A stretch of 61,956 nt of DNA, the filler included, from Sluysia triapertura (lineage: Eukaryota): NCBI GenBank assembly GCA_046118255.1. It is 5 parts of 5 records of this genome, joined end to end, with 100 filler letters (N's around TTAATTAATTAA, not from the genome) between each part and the next. Parts side by side here need not be neighbours in the genome. Positions count along the whole stretch, not along the records: positions 21,992 to 36,365 come from JBJNIA010261951.1; positions 36,466 to 49,305 come from JBJNIA010078823.1; 3 more parts are not named here. One strand, given 5' to 3'. Shown here in pieces: positions 24,960 through 38,100 of the stretch; the first letter of the stretch is position 1, and every line of letters begins with the position of its first letter. Below the pieces are notes generated by a model, which saw only the letters and a program-made list of their open reading frames with translations, was not told the origin of the DNA and did not search any database. The position numbers were made by a program, and so were the translations under genes.

Positions 24960-25730
24960 ATTTTTAACGAGGAAGACGGTTGACGTTATTTTGGAAAATA
25001 TCGATAGTGGATAAATTATTTTGAAGTCGCTTGAAGAGATTATAGTGGATCATTCAAAAAACCGAAATAGACATTTCTTGTTGTAAAGAATCAGTTTTTT
25101 CTATTGGGAAGTTCATTTTTAAAGGATCAGATTCTATTGAAGTTCATTTTGTTGGGAATAGTCATTTTCGATTTATTGGAAAGGATCAAACTTAATTTTT
25201 TGACAAGAGGATCAATCGAATTGTAGAAATTAGTAAGCTATTTATATTAAGTTTACACACGAATAGAACTGTGTTAAAATCACACTTAAATTCTTTACAT
25301 TTGCACTCAAGTATTACACTTGAGTTAAAATCTTTATAAAATCAATCATTTTTAATATTTAGGAGAAAATCCTAAAAAGCTTGAATTGTGTATTATTATT
25401 TATAATTTATCGATTTAATATTTTTTTATACATAGTTTTTGTATTTACGAATTTGTTATCAATAAAACTTCATAGGATACCACGCGTATCAATAGTTTAT
25501 TGTTTTATTTTGTTTGAAGAATAAAATTTTAGTTAAGCCTATTTTAGAAGCAGTAAGTATATTTAAGAAGACCCTCTGTCTAAGACAAAAGAATAAGGAA
25601 TACTTTTCGTAGCAAATTTCTGATTACCTATAATTAAGTCTTCCGTTGGAAATAAAACTTAAATTATAGGCGAACCCGATAAGAATAAATCCATAATTGT
25701 TAGGTTTTTAAGGTTTAAAATCTGAACATA
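24960..25730 (+). mobile_element. LTR-like dispersed repeat, copy A
   Basis: Collinear with 60060-60690: GTAAGCTATTT, ACACTTAAATT, hairpin, ACTTTTCGTAG, TACCTATAA-TAAGTCTTCCGT, TAGGCGAACCC and AAAATCTGAACA. Confidence 0.7.
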
Positions 25731-26222
25731 AGTGATAACATTAATTGAGAAGTTCAGAATAATTATAAATTAATAATAAAGAACTAGAATTTTTAAAGTA
25801 TAAAAGAGTATAAAAGACTTTTAAATTTGGTAAAAATTTCATAAAATAAAAACAAAGGGATAACGCATAAATTTTTAAAGACTTAAAAGAAGCAAAGAGA
25901 ATTTTACATTAACATATATGTACAAACATTGAAAATACTTATTACAGAGTAATCTGTAAACCCGTTGCAGTAAAGTTAAATAGTTGAGTCCTCAAAATAC
26001 AAGATAGTTTAAGTTTTTCGAGAATATCGAATTAAACGAATAATAAGCCAATCAGATAAGAAATTCTTACAGACCCTAATTAGTTTTTTATTTCTTATAA
26101 AAATCGTTAATCGTCGGTGGATTCTGATAATGAATTAATTTGCATAAATAGTAAAATATACAGCAATACTAAAGCATTTTATAACACTTTAAGATCCTTG
26201 AAGAATCTGAAGATTATGTTAA

Positions 26223-26509
26223 CCCCTTCCCTCTTTGTTTATGGTCAAAAACTAGCTATGTTTTTTATTTAAACTAAAATGCGAATAGAAAAACAAATAA
26301 AACTAGATATACAGGATAATAAAACATACAATGTAATATTAAATAATAACAAAAGTAGTGTATAAATAATATTATACTATAAATAAATATTATAAATATT
26401 ATGAAGATTACACTTATTTTTTTGTTTGATTGTTTTAGTATAGATATGGATTTTATGCTCTAGCCAGTTTTAGTTACCCCGTAAATATACGGAATAAAGA
26501 GGGAAGAGG
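26223..26509. mobile_element. 287-bp piggyBac-type MITE
   Basis: TTAA on both sides (26219-26222, 26510-26513). TIRs CCCCTTCCCTCTTT / AAAGAGGGAAGAGG (13/14). Subterminal inverted motif AAAACTAGCTA / TAGCCAGTTTT. Confidence 0.8.
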
Positions 26510-28726
26510 TTAAAATTATCAAGATCTGAAATTATATTAAACATAATAAAAATATTAATATTCATATAAATTAATTAAAATAATAATAATAACTAATAAT
26601 AATTATTGTTGTCAGGGCCACAACCTGGAATGAAGTGAATAATAATAATAATTAATAATAGTATTATAAATAAAAAATAAAAATATAAGAACGTAATCAA
26701 ATTCAATTCATTTTAGGATATAATTTTTAAAAACAAATTATTTGTTAGGGAGTGTGGCCAAACTACTTTTAAAAAATACATTACTATATTAGGGCGCATC
26801 ATACATTTTGAAATAAATTCCTAAAAAGTATAATGCATACGCTCATGCATTATAAGAAAATCAACGTTACTTGTGCCCCTATAATTGTGAATATAACCTT
26901 CGATATAATTTAGATATTTGGACTGAAAAATTAGTGATCGCCTCGCTAATTATTATTTGGTAGTAACCTTAAGCTACGAACAAAATCAATGCGAAATTTC
27001 GGAAATCATATTAGTTACGACCAATAATTTAAAATATTATTTATTATCTATATTAATTTCAGTTTAACTTTAATCATCTGATCTGATCTAAGTGACATTG
27101 ATTTGATGATTATCGATTTTTAAAGTTATTTTGACTTATTGATTTATATTTGTTGCTCAATTATTAGTTTAGTTCTCAATTGAGTTAATATTTACTTGAT
27201 TAACAGATTTGTAAAATATGTTAAGTGAATCTTTGATATGTGATTTTTAGTTTTAAAAATTTTGTTTTATAATTCTCGAAATTGTACCCAATCATTTTGA
27301 GAGATTTTTACAAAAAATTTATTACGGGGTTAAATTTAAATATGAATTAAAGTGCAAAGATAGACTGATAAAGAAAGAAAAGGATAATAAAGAAAAAATT
27401 AACTTCGATAGCTGTATCTGACATAAATTTACATAAATTGTTCATAAAGAGAACCGAACAATCATCACACAAGCATAAACACATTCAAAATACAAAATTA
27501 CTAGAATTATCAATAATAGTTTAGTTAGGCCCTCACCAGAACAAATAAAGAAAACATGGGATCTAAGAAACTTGTTGTTACAGGCGTACCCATCGTAATC
27601 ATATTTTTGGCAACAAGTTTATTAATAAAAAAATAGTGTATATATTATTAATTATTATTATTAATAATTATTAATAATAATATTATTAATATTATAATAA
27701 AATTTGTAAAAAGGACATAGACCCATTTAAAACTGCAATTAATTTTAAAAAGGATATGTTTTAATATTTTTGAAATACAATATAATATAAATAAAGCCTA
27801 CCCATTAAGTAAACTTATTTTCCTTTAGAGTTAATTAATCAAATTTCTCATATTTAGAATGACGAAATGAATATGAATCGATTATGGCATGATTGCTATG
27901 AATGAGAATAATAATAACAATAAATAATAATTACTGCTATTATTAAAACAGTGACTTTTAGGCGAGAAACCGTTATTATAGCTCAAATAATTAAGATAGC
28001 CATTTCCGAACTATTTTTAATCAAAAATCAAAGAAATTATAAATATTTCGAAATAATTTTGTATCGATTTATTCAAAAATAAAGTGATATATTAAGTTAT
28101 TTTTATAATATACAACAATTAATAATAAAGTCACTTAAAATATAGAGTTGTGTATTTAAATCACAAATTAACATTCATATTAAATTTCAGTCAAGTTATG
28201 ATTGAATGATTGAACAAAATATAAAACTTTGGCATTTACAATACAATGTAATAAAATTAATAAAATAATTAATACATTCATTCATGGAATCGGTTAATAA
28301 ATATTTAAAAAAGTATGATTATGTTGGTAAATCAAAATCGATAATTCGATGGGAATTTTTGACACCAACGCGTGCTTTATCTAGTGAGAATTTATGTAAT
28401 GCATTTTTAAATAAAAAAAATTAATTCGAATTCAAAATATTTCAATTCATCAACTGAACGACAACAGTATCATTCTCAATCAACGTTAAATTTATTTGAA
28501 ATGATAAACCCAAATGATTCAACATGGATAAAGTAATTTTTCAATAAGAAATATTTCATAATTTCTGAATTGAAGTAATTTAGTATACAAGGAGGACTGA
28601 CTAATTCTTTATTAAATAAACCATTGATTAATTTTGATGACGTCCTTGTGTCAATAAGGTTAGTTATCACAGGAATTCATTTAATTGATTTTAAAAGAAT
28701 ATTTATTCAATCTTAAATGTTAATTA

Positions 28727-28999
28727 TATTGTTTTAGATATATGGAAAATCAAGGATTCGGTAAAGCAGTTTTAGAATATTATGAAGTTAAACATTTATA
28801 TCTATTTTATAAATTTTTATTAGACACAAGTTTTATCAAATACATTGAGAAAATTCCAAAAATATTTAACTACAGTTGATGGTTAATAATATTAAAGATT
28901 AATAAAATTTAGGTACGCTACATGTATGGAAAATTATTGTTTTAGATATATGGAAAATCAAGGATTCGGTAAAGCAGTTGTAGAATATTATGAAGTTAA
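28727..28999. repeat. 65-bp direct repeat (28727-28791 and 28935-28999, one mismatch)
   Basis: TATTGTTTTAGATATATGGAAAATCAAGGATTCGGTAAAGCAGTT(T/G)TAGAATATTATGAAGTTAA occurs twice, 208 bp apart. Confidence 0.95.
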
Positions 29000-29420
29000 T
29001 GGTTATTTAATGATTCAATATCCAAATTGAAAGTCAAATAAAATGAAATTAATTTTATTCGATTTAATAAATTTGATTTATTAAATGTATAATTAATTAA
29101 TTTTTGTATTTCATCTTTTATCAACGGATTCATCGTTGCTATTGTTGATGTTAAATCAGGTGCTTTAATATTAACTACAATTTTTTCACTTTGACTATCG
29201 TCAAGCCATGTTGTACATGTATATGTACTGACTATATTAGGTAAAGTGGTCACATTGAGGGTTACTGATGTTAGTAATGCTTCTTGATTTTCGAATTTTG
29301 CTTTTTGAGGGGTTCGACGGATTTCACGTACATTCTCAGCGTCTACGTAATTCCATGACACACCAGGGGCACGGAAATTGTTACCAATAGCAACGCAAGT
29401 TAGTTGAGTATTTGGAATAC
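28996..29420 (-). CDS. Immunoglobulin-like domain exon, probably from a disrupted gene
   Basis: TTTTAG acceptor near 29421. Translation IPNTQLTCVAIGNNFRAPGVSWNY...TSVTLNV...STYTCTTWLDD has the Ig C...W...YxC spacing. The frame ends at the 65-bp repeat. Confidence 0.65.
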
Positions 29421-31771
29421 CTAAAATATTAAATAAATTTTTAATAAAATTAAATTAGAAATTCTTCAAACATAATAAAAAAGATGTAGCACTCAAAGGA
29501 CTCGTTTTATATATATTTTAGATATTCTTATGAGTTATATTACTGAAAGAAGATAATCGTTTATTCCCCTGTCCACTTTAGACTCTTCAGAATCGTGGTT
29601 TATTCACCCTTTGATTATGAAAATTTATGTACTTTCGTCAAGATCTTTGTAGAAATGATATTTTACACTAAAGGATTGTTTTAGTCAAATTAGCGTCGGT
29701 GTTAAAATACGTTTTTTGCATGATATTGTTTAAGAAAGAGTTCTAGTTACATAATATGCAAACAAAAATTCGCAAAAAATGCACTAGATGTTTTATAAAT
29801 AAATATTTTTGTACTATAATTTTATTATTTTCTAAATCAGAGTGAGAAACAATATAAAATATTTGTCGCACGAAAAATAATAATGTAAAGCTCATTAAAA
29901 TGTACTGATTATAAAATAAATTAAAAATTTAAGTAAAAAACAAAATGAAATAAAAACAAAACAAAACAAAACAAACAACGAAAATGTTACGTAATTGTGT
30001 AATTTAGCCTTAATAAAATAATTATAGAAATCATTCCTAATAATAATTTCTATAACAATACATTAATAATTTACTACTATCAGTAATCAATAATAATAAC
30101 AAGCACAATAAGAAGAGAGATAATGTTTCCTTCCCCACATTCAATCTCATTCGTCAGGAATCAGTATAATTCTAATTTTATTTTTTTAATCTCGATTTCA
30201 CGTACAATTAAAATTACTATAACTAATTTTTCGACGCCATCTTGGATAAACAATGTTACATTAGTAAATGTAATTTTGTTAAATATTAAAATCAACCTAA
30301 AGTTTCTTTGTAAATCGTTTGTCCGATTTAATGAGGATTAAGATCACATTAAATTTATTAAAGACGTTTAATTATAACATGATCCTGTCAACATTTGATC
30401 GATTTGTTTTATACTTATATTTCTTTGCTACTACAATATACGTTTTTTAATTATTTAAATTCGACGAAATAATGGCAACCCTCGATAAGACAAAAATTAA
30501 AATTTTTTAAATAATAACGTCTAAACTATAGCTACAAATCAAATGATTGATTCATATTTAATCTATAAATTGTGTCGGAAAATTTATTAAATTTTATTGT
30601 TTACAAATGACTTGCATAAATTAAATTTAGTATAAGCTGTACTAAATAAATAAGTTCTTTGATTTATTCACTAAAATCAATAAAAAAGAATTGATTTTAT
30701 TGCAGTAAAAATTATGATTAAATATATATATCAAAACACTTCCTTAAAAACAGGAACCGATTGTCCGTTTTCTTATATGAAAACAGATTTGCATAATTTA
30801 AAATCGCACACAGTTATATTTTTAAACCAATTGGATTTTCATTAGTAGCTTCCTTGCCAAATTCAAATAAACAAGATGATACAAACGCATCCAAATTGCT
30901 TTGTATCGCTTTGTGTCAACTTTATTGTCTTATTATTTTAAAAGAAATTATAAACATCAGTCATCACTCTTTATTAAATTTAGTGCTGTAGTTAACTCCA
31001 AATTAATTCATAAGAATCACAAACAAACACCGACACAAAACAACACATCTTAAACAAACTACAAAAAATCACTATCCAATACAAACAAAATAGGAACATC
31101 GCCATAATAATTTCACAATTGTCTAAATCCATTTTATTATGATGGATGTTATGCCATTATATTATTTTAAATCGGATATCTATTATCGTTGTTGTAATTG
31201 TTTTCATTTGTTTTTTCCTTTATGTATGTATGTCTCTGTACTTATGCACATATCTTATCATCACTACTAGCATTTTATCATTATTATCATTGTGTCCCAG
31301 TGCACATGCTTGTAGCTTATCATTATTATTGGTATTTCTATCACCATTATTATTTTTATTACTACTATCGATATCATGCATTATAATATTTCTGAACATA
31401 AAGAACATTAGTAAAAATTATGATTTTACCAAATAACATTCTAACGCTATCGAAATTGGATTTATACTTATTAAAATAATCAAAATAATAATTTATACTG
31501 TATTATTGTTCATATTGCATCATGAAGATAATGACATCATATCCTATTAAAGTTTTATCAGTATTTTCTTTAAGTGATATTTAAACTTTTAATTTATTGC
31601 CGTTATTTTATATGATAATTAAAAAATTAATTTTTATCGATTACTGTATCAATAGTTATTCAGTTGAAAATTATCATAAAGTGAATCAATGATTATTATA
31701 TAACATTGATAGTTATTATTTGTAATATTAAGGCAGATAAACTCGTACTTAATAAACAAGTACGTACATTT

Positions 31772-32119
31772 ATGTACGTGCTGATTCGGCGATTTATCAC
31801 GGTTGTTTTTTCGTTCTTAATATTGTTATTGGTAGGCATTTTAACAAGTTTATGTCAATAAGTTTTGACCATCAAACAATTTTTTTATCAGACTACAAAA
31901 TGTTTTTTAGTGCTCCATGACAATCAAATACTATTTAGATATCTTGATTCAGATGATTTTTTCAAATTTGTGTTAATAAAAGTATAAGATTTTGTTTCTT
32001 ACCAATACAAGATTTTGATGAAGAAAATATTGGAGAACCATGTGGACCTGAATCAACTACAAATGTAACGAAAGCTCAAACAACTACAACCCTAACAACA
32101 ACAGATACCAGTATTACGG
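31772..32119 (+). pseudogene. Small secreted Cys/Thr-rich protein gene with one homopolymer frameshift
   Basis: Exon 1 MYVLIRRFITVVFSFLILLL, 60-nt GT-AG intron, exon 2 TTKCFLVLHDNQILFRYLDSDDFF. Adding one T to the T6 run continues as QICVNKSIRFCFLPIQDFDEENIGEPCGPESTTNVTKAQTTTTLTTTDTSIT, followed by a GTAAA donor. Confidence 0.45.
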
Positions 32120-32509
32120 GTAAAAGTTCCTGTACAATTATCACTCTAAATTATACTAAATATTATATCAAAAAATATTATTTGTTAACAAATTGTTTGA
32201 TAAATTATAAGTTTAAATACTACTATAACTGTTTCATTTACTATATGAATTTTGATAATTAAATAATACTTGAAGATAATTTTTCTATTTCAAAACCGAA
32301 ATACCAATCAGTACCACTAGACATTTTAGTCAAATATTTCTTTATTGATGAACTATTTATAAAGGCATTCTATTGTTTTGTTTCTATTATTTTATTGTGC
32401 AATATAAAATTTTGTCTTATACATTTAGTTGTTTTGTTCGAAATAATTTTACTCATTTTCGTTAAAGGACTTAAGCCTAAGTTAAATGTTTTAAATCTCA
32501 AAAAAATAA

Positions 32510-33180
32510 TAAATCAAATAACATCCTCGACACAAGTACCTTGATCAATAAATTTTTTCTATAAAAATTTTCATTTTGTAAAATAATTCGAAAATACTAA
32601 GATGTATTTATCGCCTTTTGTAGTTTCAGACAACGTACCGACAAAATCCATGACAGTTATCTCCATTGGTCTAGCGTATAGCGAATGGTAAATTTTCTAC
32701 CTTTTCTACGTAAACAAATCTCAAAATTATCAAACCAATTTTTAACATATTTCGGTACATTTTTCCAGAAGTATATTTGTATTATTGCAGATAAAGTTTT
32801 TTAAAAAGATAAATATTTTCCTAAAATTTTCTCATGATACTCATGTAAAATATTATTCTTGATTACTTAACATCTAGGCTAGACAAAACTCAGCGTTTAC
32901 ATTTGACTTTCCTTTTATATATTTTATATCTACATAATATTCTTGCAATAAAAGAGACTTTGTGTATCTTTGTGCATCATAAGTCATTGTAGTGGACCTT
33001 GGTCTGTAAATATAAATATTTCCTCGACCATATCCATTCATGAAATTGCTTAACCGCAAATCAAATGCGAATTGATTTCAATCACCTAATAAACAATGCT
33101 TTGCGGTTTAAGTGTTGTACTAATCTAAACAATAATATAATCTTTTGCTTCTTCATTTTTGTTGCACCTATACGCGAAGT
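32510..33180 (-). mobile_element. Ty3/Gypsy pol relic (RNase H, integrase zinc-binding region and core)
   Basis: FAVKQFHEWIW..IFTDQGPLQ, SLLLQEYYVDIKYIKGKSNVNAEF, YFWKNVPKYVKNW..EICLRRK and PMEITVMDFVGTLSETTKGDKYILVF, in RNase H to integrase order. Confidence 0.85.
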
Positions 33181-33931
33181 TATTAAGTTTAAATAATTTT
33201 TAAATAATTATTATTTAATTATTATAATTATTGCCAATAAAAGTAAGAATATAATTCAAAATCATGACAATAATTTACAAATGCTTACATTACGGAAGTC
33301 CTGAATATCTTTTAGAAATAAAAAAATTGGAAACCAAGATGAATATTTCATTGAGACAATAATAATAATCTATAGAGAATCCACAGTGATAATAAGAGCT
33401 AGGTGATAGGTTGTATACCGTTTATGTTTCAAAAATATATAACCAGTACTTCCAGAGAATTACTGGAAGATTATGAAATATTTATGACAAAGGCAAAGTT
33501 GTTTCTGTTACTATTATGGTAAATGATTTATTTGAGTACTTACTTTGCAGTAGACACGAGCGCAGTATAAATTAATATATTATTATTGTTATTATTATTA
33601 ATTCTATTAAAGACTATTGTTAAATTTCTTGAATTAAAATTATAATTAATTTAATTAAAAATCACCTTTAAATTACGTGCGGAACTTTTTTGTATATGTT
33701 TTTTGTCTTAAATAAGTCTTTTGATTTAGTTTAAGTTCAGAAAAGGAGAAAGTTTGAAATTTTAAGTTTATAAAATAACTATCTCATACATCTGAAACGA
33801 GTAGAGACTTCAACCTTCGTATCAAATTTGACAATATGAAAGAATAGAAAGTTAGTAGTAAATAACAAAGTAAAAATCAGAAGTAAGACAAAAAATTAAA
33901 ATTAGATTATAAAAGATTATAATAATACATT

Positions 33932-33980
<49 letters not shown>

Positions 33981-34350
33981 GATATTTAAGGTGTTTTAAC
34001 TTCTCCCAATCATTTATATAATGTTCATAGAGTCTGCTCGCCATCAACAGCAACCTGCATCGCATGAAATTAATATTAAAATCAATATTAATATCAATAT
34101 TAAAATTAAATATTATTAATATTAAAAAATGGAAGATAATTATGAAGCACACTTTTTGCGCTTGAATCAATTAGAACTTGTTCGGTTTTTGTTGCCCTTT
34201 CCGAATATTCAAAATTTGCGGCGCATATTTCTTTTCGCATACTTATCAAACCTATGAACACGGAAATTAACAATTGTGCATAATTAATGAATAATTAGTC
34301 TATATTTTTAATCTGTCTCTATAAACTTCTCCATAATCACATAACACAAA

Positions 34351-35320
34351 TACAGTAAACTCCCGAATATTCGAGCTAATGATGGCGAGGGTCGGCACGG
34401 ACAATCCGCAAAATAATAAAAAATACTATATAATACAAAGCAATGAAAATACATTCAATGCTTTATTAAAAAATCGGTAGGTTTGTTTAATATCATCTCG
34501 AATTTTTCTTAAAGATATCACATCGTTATAGTAAAGTATCGACAGAAGTCAGTGTCGTGTCGTGACTAATACGATTGGTATTATCTTCTACTTCACTTTC
34601 ATTTTCATTTGGATTTGAAATTAGATGTGAAATAATATCCGTGTCACTCGGTATCTGGAATCCTGGATCAGATGAATCAAATTCCATCCATTTCTTAATA
34701 TTTTGGTCATCAACATTTTCAAAGCCATTTCAATTTTTCATTGGTTCACATAATTCTGAAATGTTACGTATGTCAGGTTCGATAGAGTCCGAAGCATTAC
34801 TTTCTACATTTGACAAAATTTTCAACAACAATCGAACTGGTGTTATTGGCTTAATTTTGTTCCAAGATTTAACAGCTCCATATACTGCATCCAACCCGGA
34901 ATTTAGTAGTGGCGTCAACATCCCCGCTAGGCGCTTTCCTTGGATTGAAAGCTCATGGATACCATGTCGTTTCTTAAATCTGAGTATCCACCCAGAAGAT
35001 GCGTTAAAGTCGTCTTTTAATCCCAATGAATCATAAAAGAATTTGGATTTTTGTTCAATTACAGAACCTGCAAGTGCATTCCTTATGCTCGTTGTTGATT
35101 AAACCATTTAAGCATAGCTGTATCTAAATCTTCATATGATGATATTTTCATACTTTCCGATTTGAAGGACCTGCATTACTATCACAATCGCGAACTGTTT
35201 GAGCACCAACTCCGTATTCTTCCGAAAGTTTCGATGTGGATTTACTCTTCTCACTAATTGACTTAACTGAAGTTTTTGTTTCACAGTCAATACGACTCTT
35301 TTGTGATTATTTGACATTGC
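34351..35320 (-). mobile_element. pogo/Tigger DNA transposon relic, DDE core deleted
   Basis: HTH_psq-like MSNNHKRVVLTVKQKL; CENP-B HTH LDTAMLKWFNQQR...FNASSGWILRFKKRHGI; one terminus TA|CAGTAAACTCCCG at 34351. Confidence 0.85.
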
Positions 35321-36365
35321 GATCGGGTATTTTTCTAAAATAATTTAAAATTAAAGCTAAAAAAAAATAAACAATACACTACGGTAAATCAATAGCAACT
35401 CAATAAAATTAAAATTGCACTTCTTAAAATAAATAGATGCGTATTTTTTAAATAATCCGCGCATAGATAATCGAGTTAGTGTAATATTAAATACGAATAA
35501 AAAATTTTCGTTAACAAAACTCAGAGTGTCACATGGCATATTTAAGAACACCAATGATTGTATAATATCAATTTTCAAGAATAATTGCATTTATATTATT
35601 TATGTAGATGTTCTAGACAAAATATGCGTTATTTCTACTTCAAAGACGATAATAGCCATTCTTTTGATACGGAAGAAACAATGATGATGCTTTATCAATT
35701 AATCCAGTGGCTAATTAAAATGGTTTTACTAGATAGATTTCTCTCTTCTGCTTCGCGTGTATTCATTATCGAACCAACTTCGAAACACTAATTCCTGATA
35801 ATTTTATCAATCATGCCAACTTCGAACAAGCTCCACTTTCTAATAAATGTTTGTGATTGTCGACAATCCCAACAGATTCAATGCTTTTATCCGAGATATA
35901 TATTGTATTATTCCAAAACGAAACATTGTTATTATTTGAACCAATGAAAATAAATCTTAATAATTTTAATGTCTTTATCTATCCTCTAAGTCAGGCATGT
36001 GCAAAATTTTTAAGTTGTGCCCCCATTTCAACATATTTATTTTTGGCGCCCCCAACTTAATAAAAAATCATAACGCCACTATAAAAAAAACATCATAAAT
36101 AAAATAAACACCTTTTTAATAACAAAATGTATTTTTCTGTTTCTTATAAATTAAATATTATGAACAAAACAGTTCTAATTCTTTAGCAAAAATAAAGAAA
36201 AATTAACAAAATTAAATTTTACTTTTTTATTTCAAAAATGCAATATTATGTCTGTTAATATATTTCACTTCTGTGAAATATTAATATTTTTTTTCAACAC
36301 GTCGCTGTTATTTAATAGCTGCTATTTCGCGATTGTGATAGCAGTGTCTGCTAACGTTATTTTTA

Positions 36366-36465
36366 NNNNNNNNNNNNNNNNNNNNNNNNNNNNNNNNNNN
36401 NNNNNNNNNTTAATTAATTAANNNNNNNNNNNNNNNNNNNNNNNNNNNNNNNNNNNNNNNNNNNN
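36366..36465. other. Artificial scaffold spacer
   Basis: N44-TTAATTAATTAA-N44. Confidence 0.97.
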
Positions 36466-36807
36466 TACCAATTCAATAAAATCTCGAATTAATTGTCGTA
36501 TAATGTTTCGATATACCAGTTTAATCGTTTAAAACTTCTTTCCTTCTATGCCGTGAAATTTTTATTTCCTTTTACAGTAAAATGAATAATTCTCAATGTA
36601 TACAAATTATTAAATTAAATTCATATAATAAATTCAATAGTATTAACAGTACAGATGAATAATTTCCATAATAATTTCACTATGTAAAATTCAATATAAC
36701 AGTGAAATAATTTCAATATGTAGAATTCAATAGTATTAACAGTAAATATGTTGTTATGTATTAATATTAAATATAGATAGTCACATTATTTGTACTTTTA
36801 TCTGGTA

Positions 36808-36853
<46 letters not shown>

Positions 36854-37829
36854 TCTGATAACAATAATAATAATAATGATATTTATTGCCTTTAAATGAT
36901 AAAATAATTTATTATAGATGAAATATTATATTTTTTATTAAAATTTTATTATTTTAAATGATAGTGCTACAGTTAAATGAAATATTATGTTTAAAATTTT
37001 AAATGAATATTATTTAAAATGATATTAAAATGAATTATTTTAAATGAATATTAATGAATAAATATTAATGAATATTAATGATACATATTTAATATCAGTC
37101 TATATCATTCACATTGTCTATTCAAATACACCTTATGTAAAACCACTGTACATCATCGTTATAGTATTTTTATCAAACTGAATTCATCAATACACTAATT
37201 ATGCAAAGTTTTATCATTTCACAATACACAATATACTTTTACACAACCACACAACAAACTTAAAATATTAAATTTCAACAACTTAAAATCCTTTTAGTTA
37301 AAAATTCAAATCAACTTCCCTTAATTCTCTTTTATAACTTCTCCTTAAGTTTATATCTGTCTGCCTTCTAACTTACATTTTTTTCTATTACTCTTACTTC
37401 TATTTCCACACCTTTTTGAAACCTTTAGAAAATATAACTGTAAATCAGCAGGGGTTGTATATTGATTATCGAGATGTACTAGACAAACTTGAAAGTGTAA
37501 ATGAACGGTTGGAATTGTATAACAAATTTGAATAAATTAATAAAAAGGGTTCATCGGGTTAGTAAGGTTTATAATAATATGCAAAAGTTGACATTTTTTA
37601 CAAAAAAGACCAAGGATAAATCGAAAACCGAAAATTATTTAGTAGATTGTTAAATCAATCAAAATGATACAACACAATATATTTATGTAGAAGAATTTGT
37701 AGAAGAACTGATAGAAACAATCTAATGAGACAAATTTATAAATTGTGTAACAAATTCAAACAAACCAAACAAGGTGAAAAATATTTAACTCATTCATTAA
37801 CAATATTAATTGCAATAAAATTATATATA

Positions 37830-38100
37830 ACCGCAACGTAAAAAGTTGCGAAATTTTTATGCTATAAAATTATTGCTAAAATTAGTAGTATACCACAAGA
37901 TTTTACATGCGTGATTGGCACACAAGTCATTTGCAAAATTTTAAGTCAACGGAAAATCATTTCAACAACAAAATTTAGTTGTATTGGCGATTCGATTTTC
38001 ATTTAAGCTAAATACAATAATTATAATCACGATTAGCAGCATATATATTGTATTATTCAAAATGTTAAAATTGTAGAAAAGCACTGGAGAACAATTAAAG
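37830..38100 (+). mobile_element. Highly decayed LTR-retrotransposon integrase core fragment
   Basis: KVAKFLCYKIIAKISSIPQDFTCVIGTQVICKIL resembles the consensus VAxFLxxxIxxRFGIPxxIxSDQGTQFxS. Confidence 0.45.

Noticed and set aside
34575-35036. 153-aa plus-strand ORF
   Set aside because: Antisense shadow of the pogo/Tigger relic.
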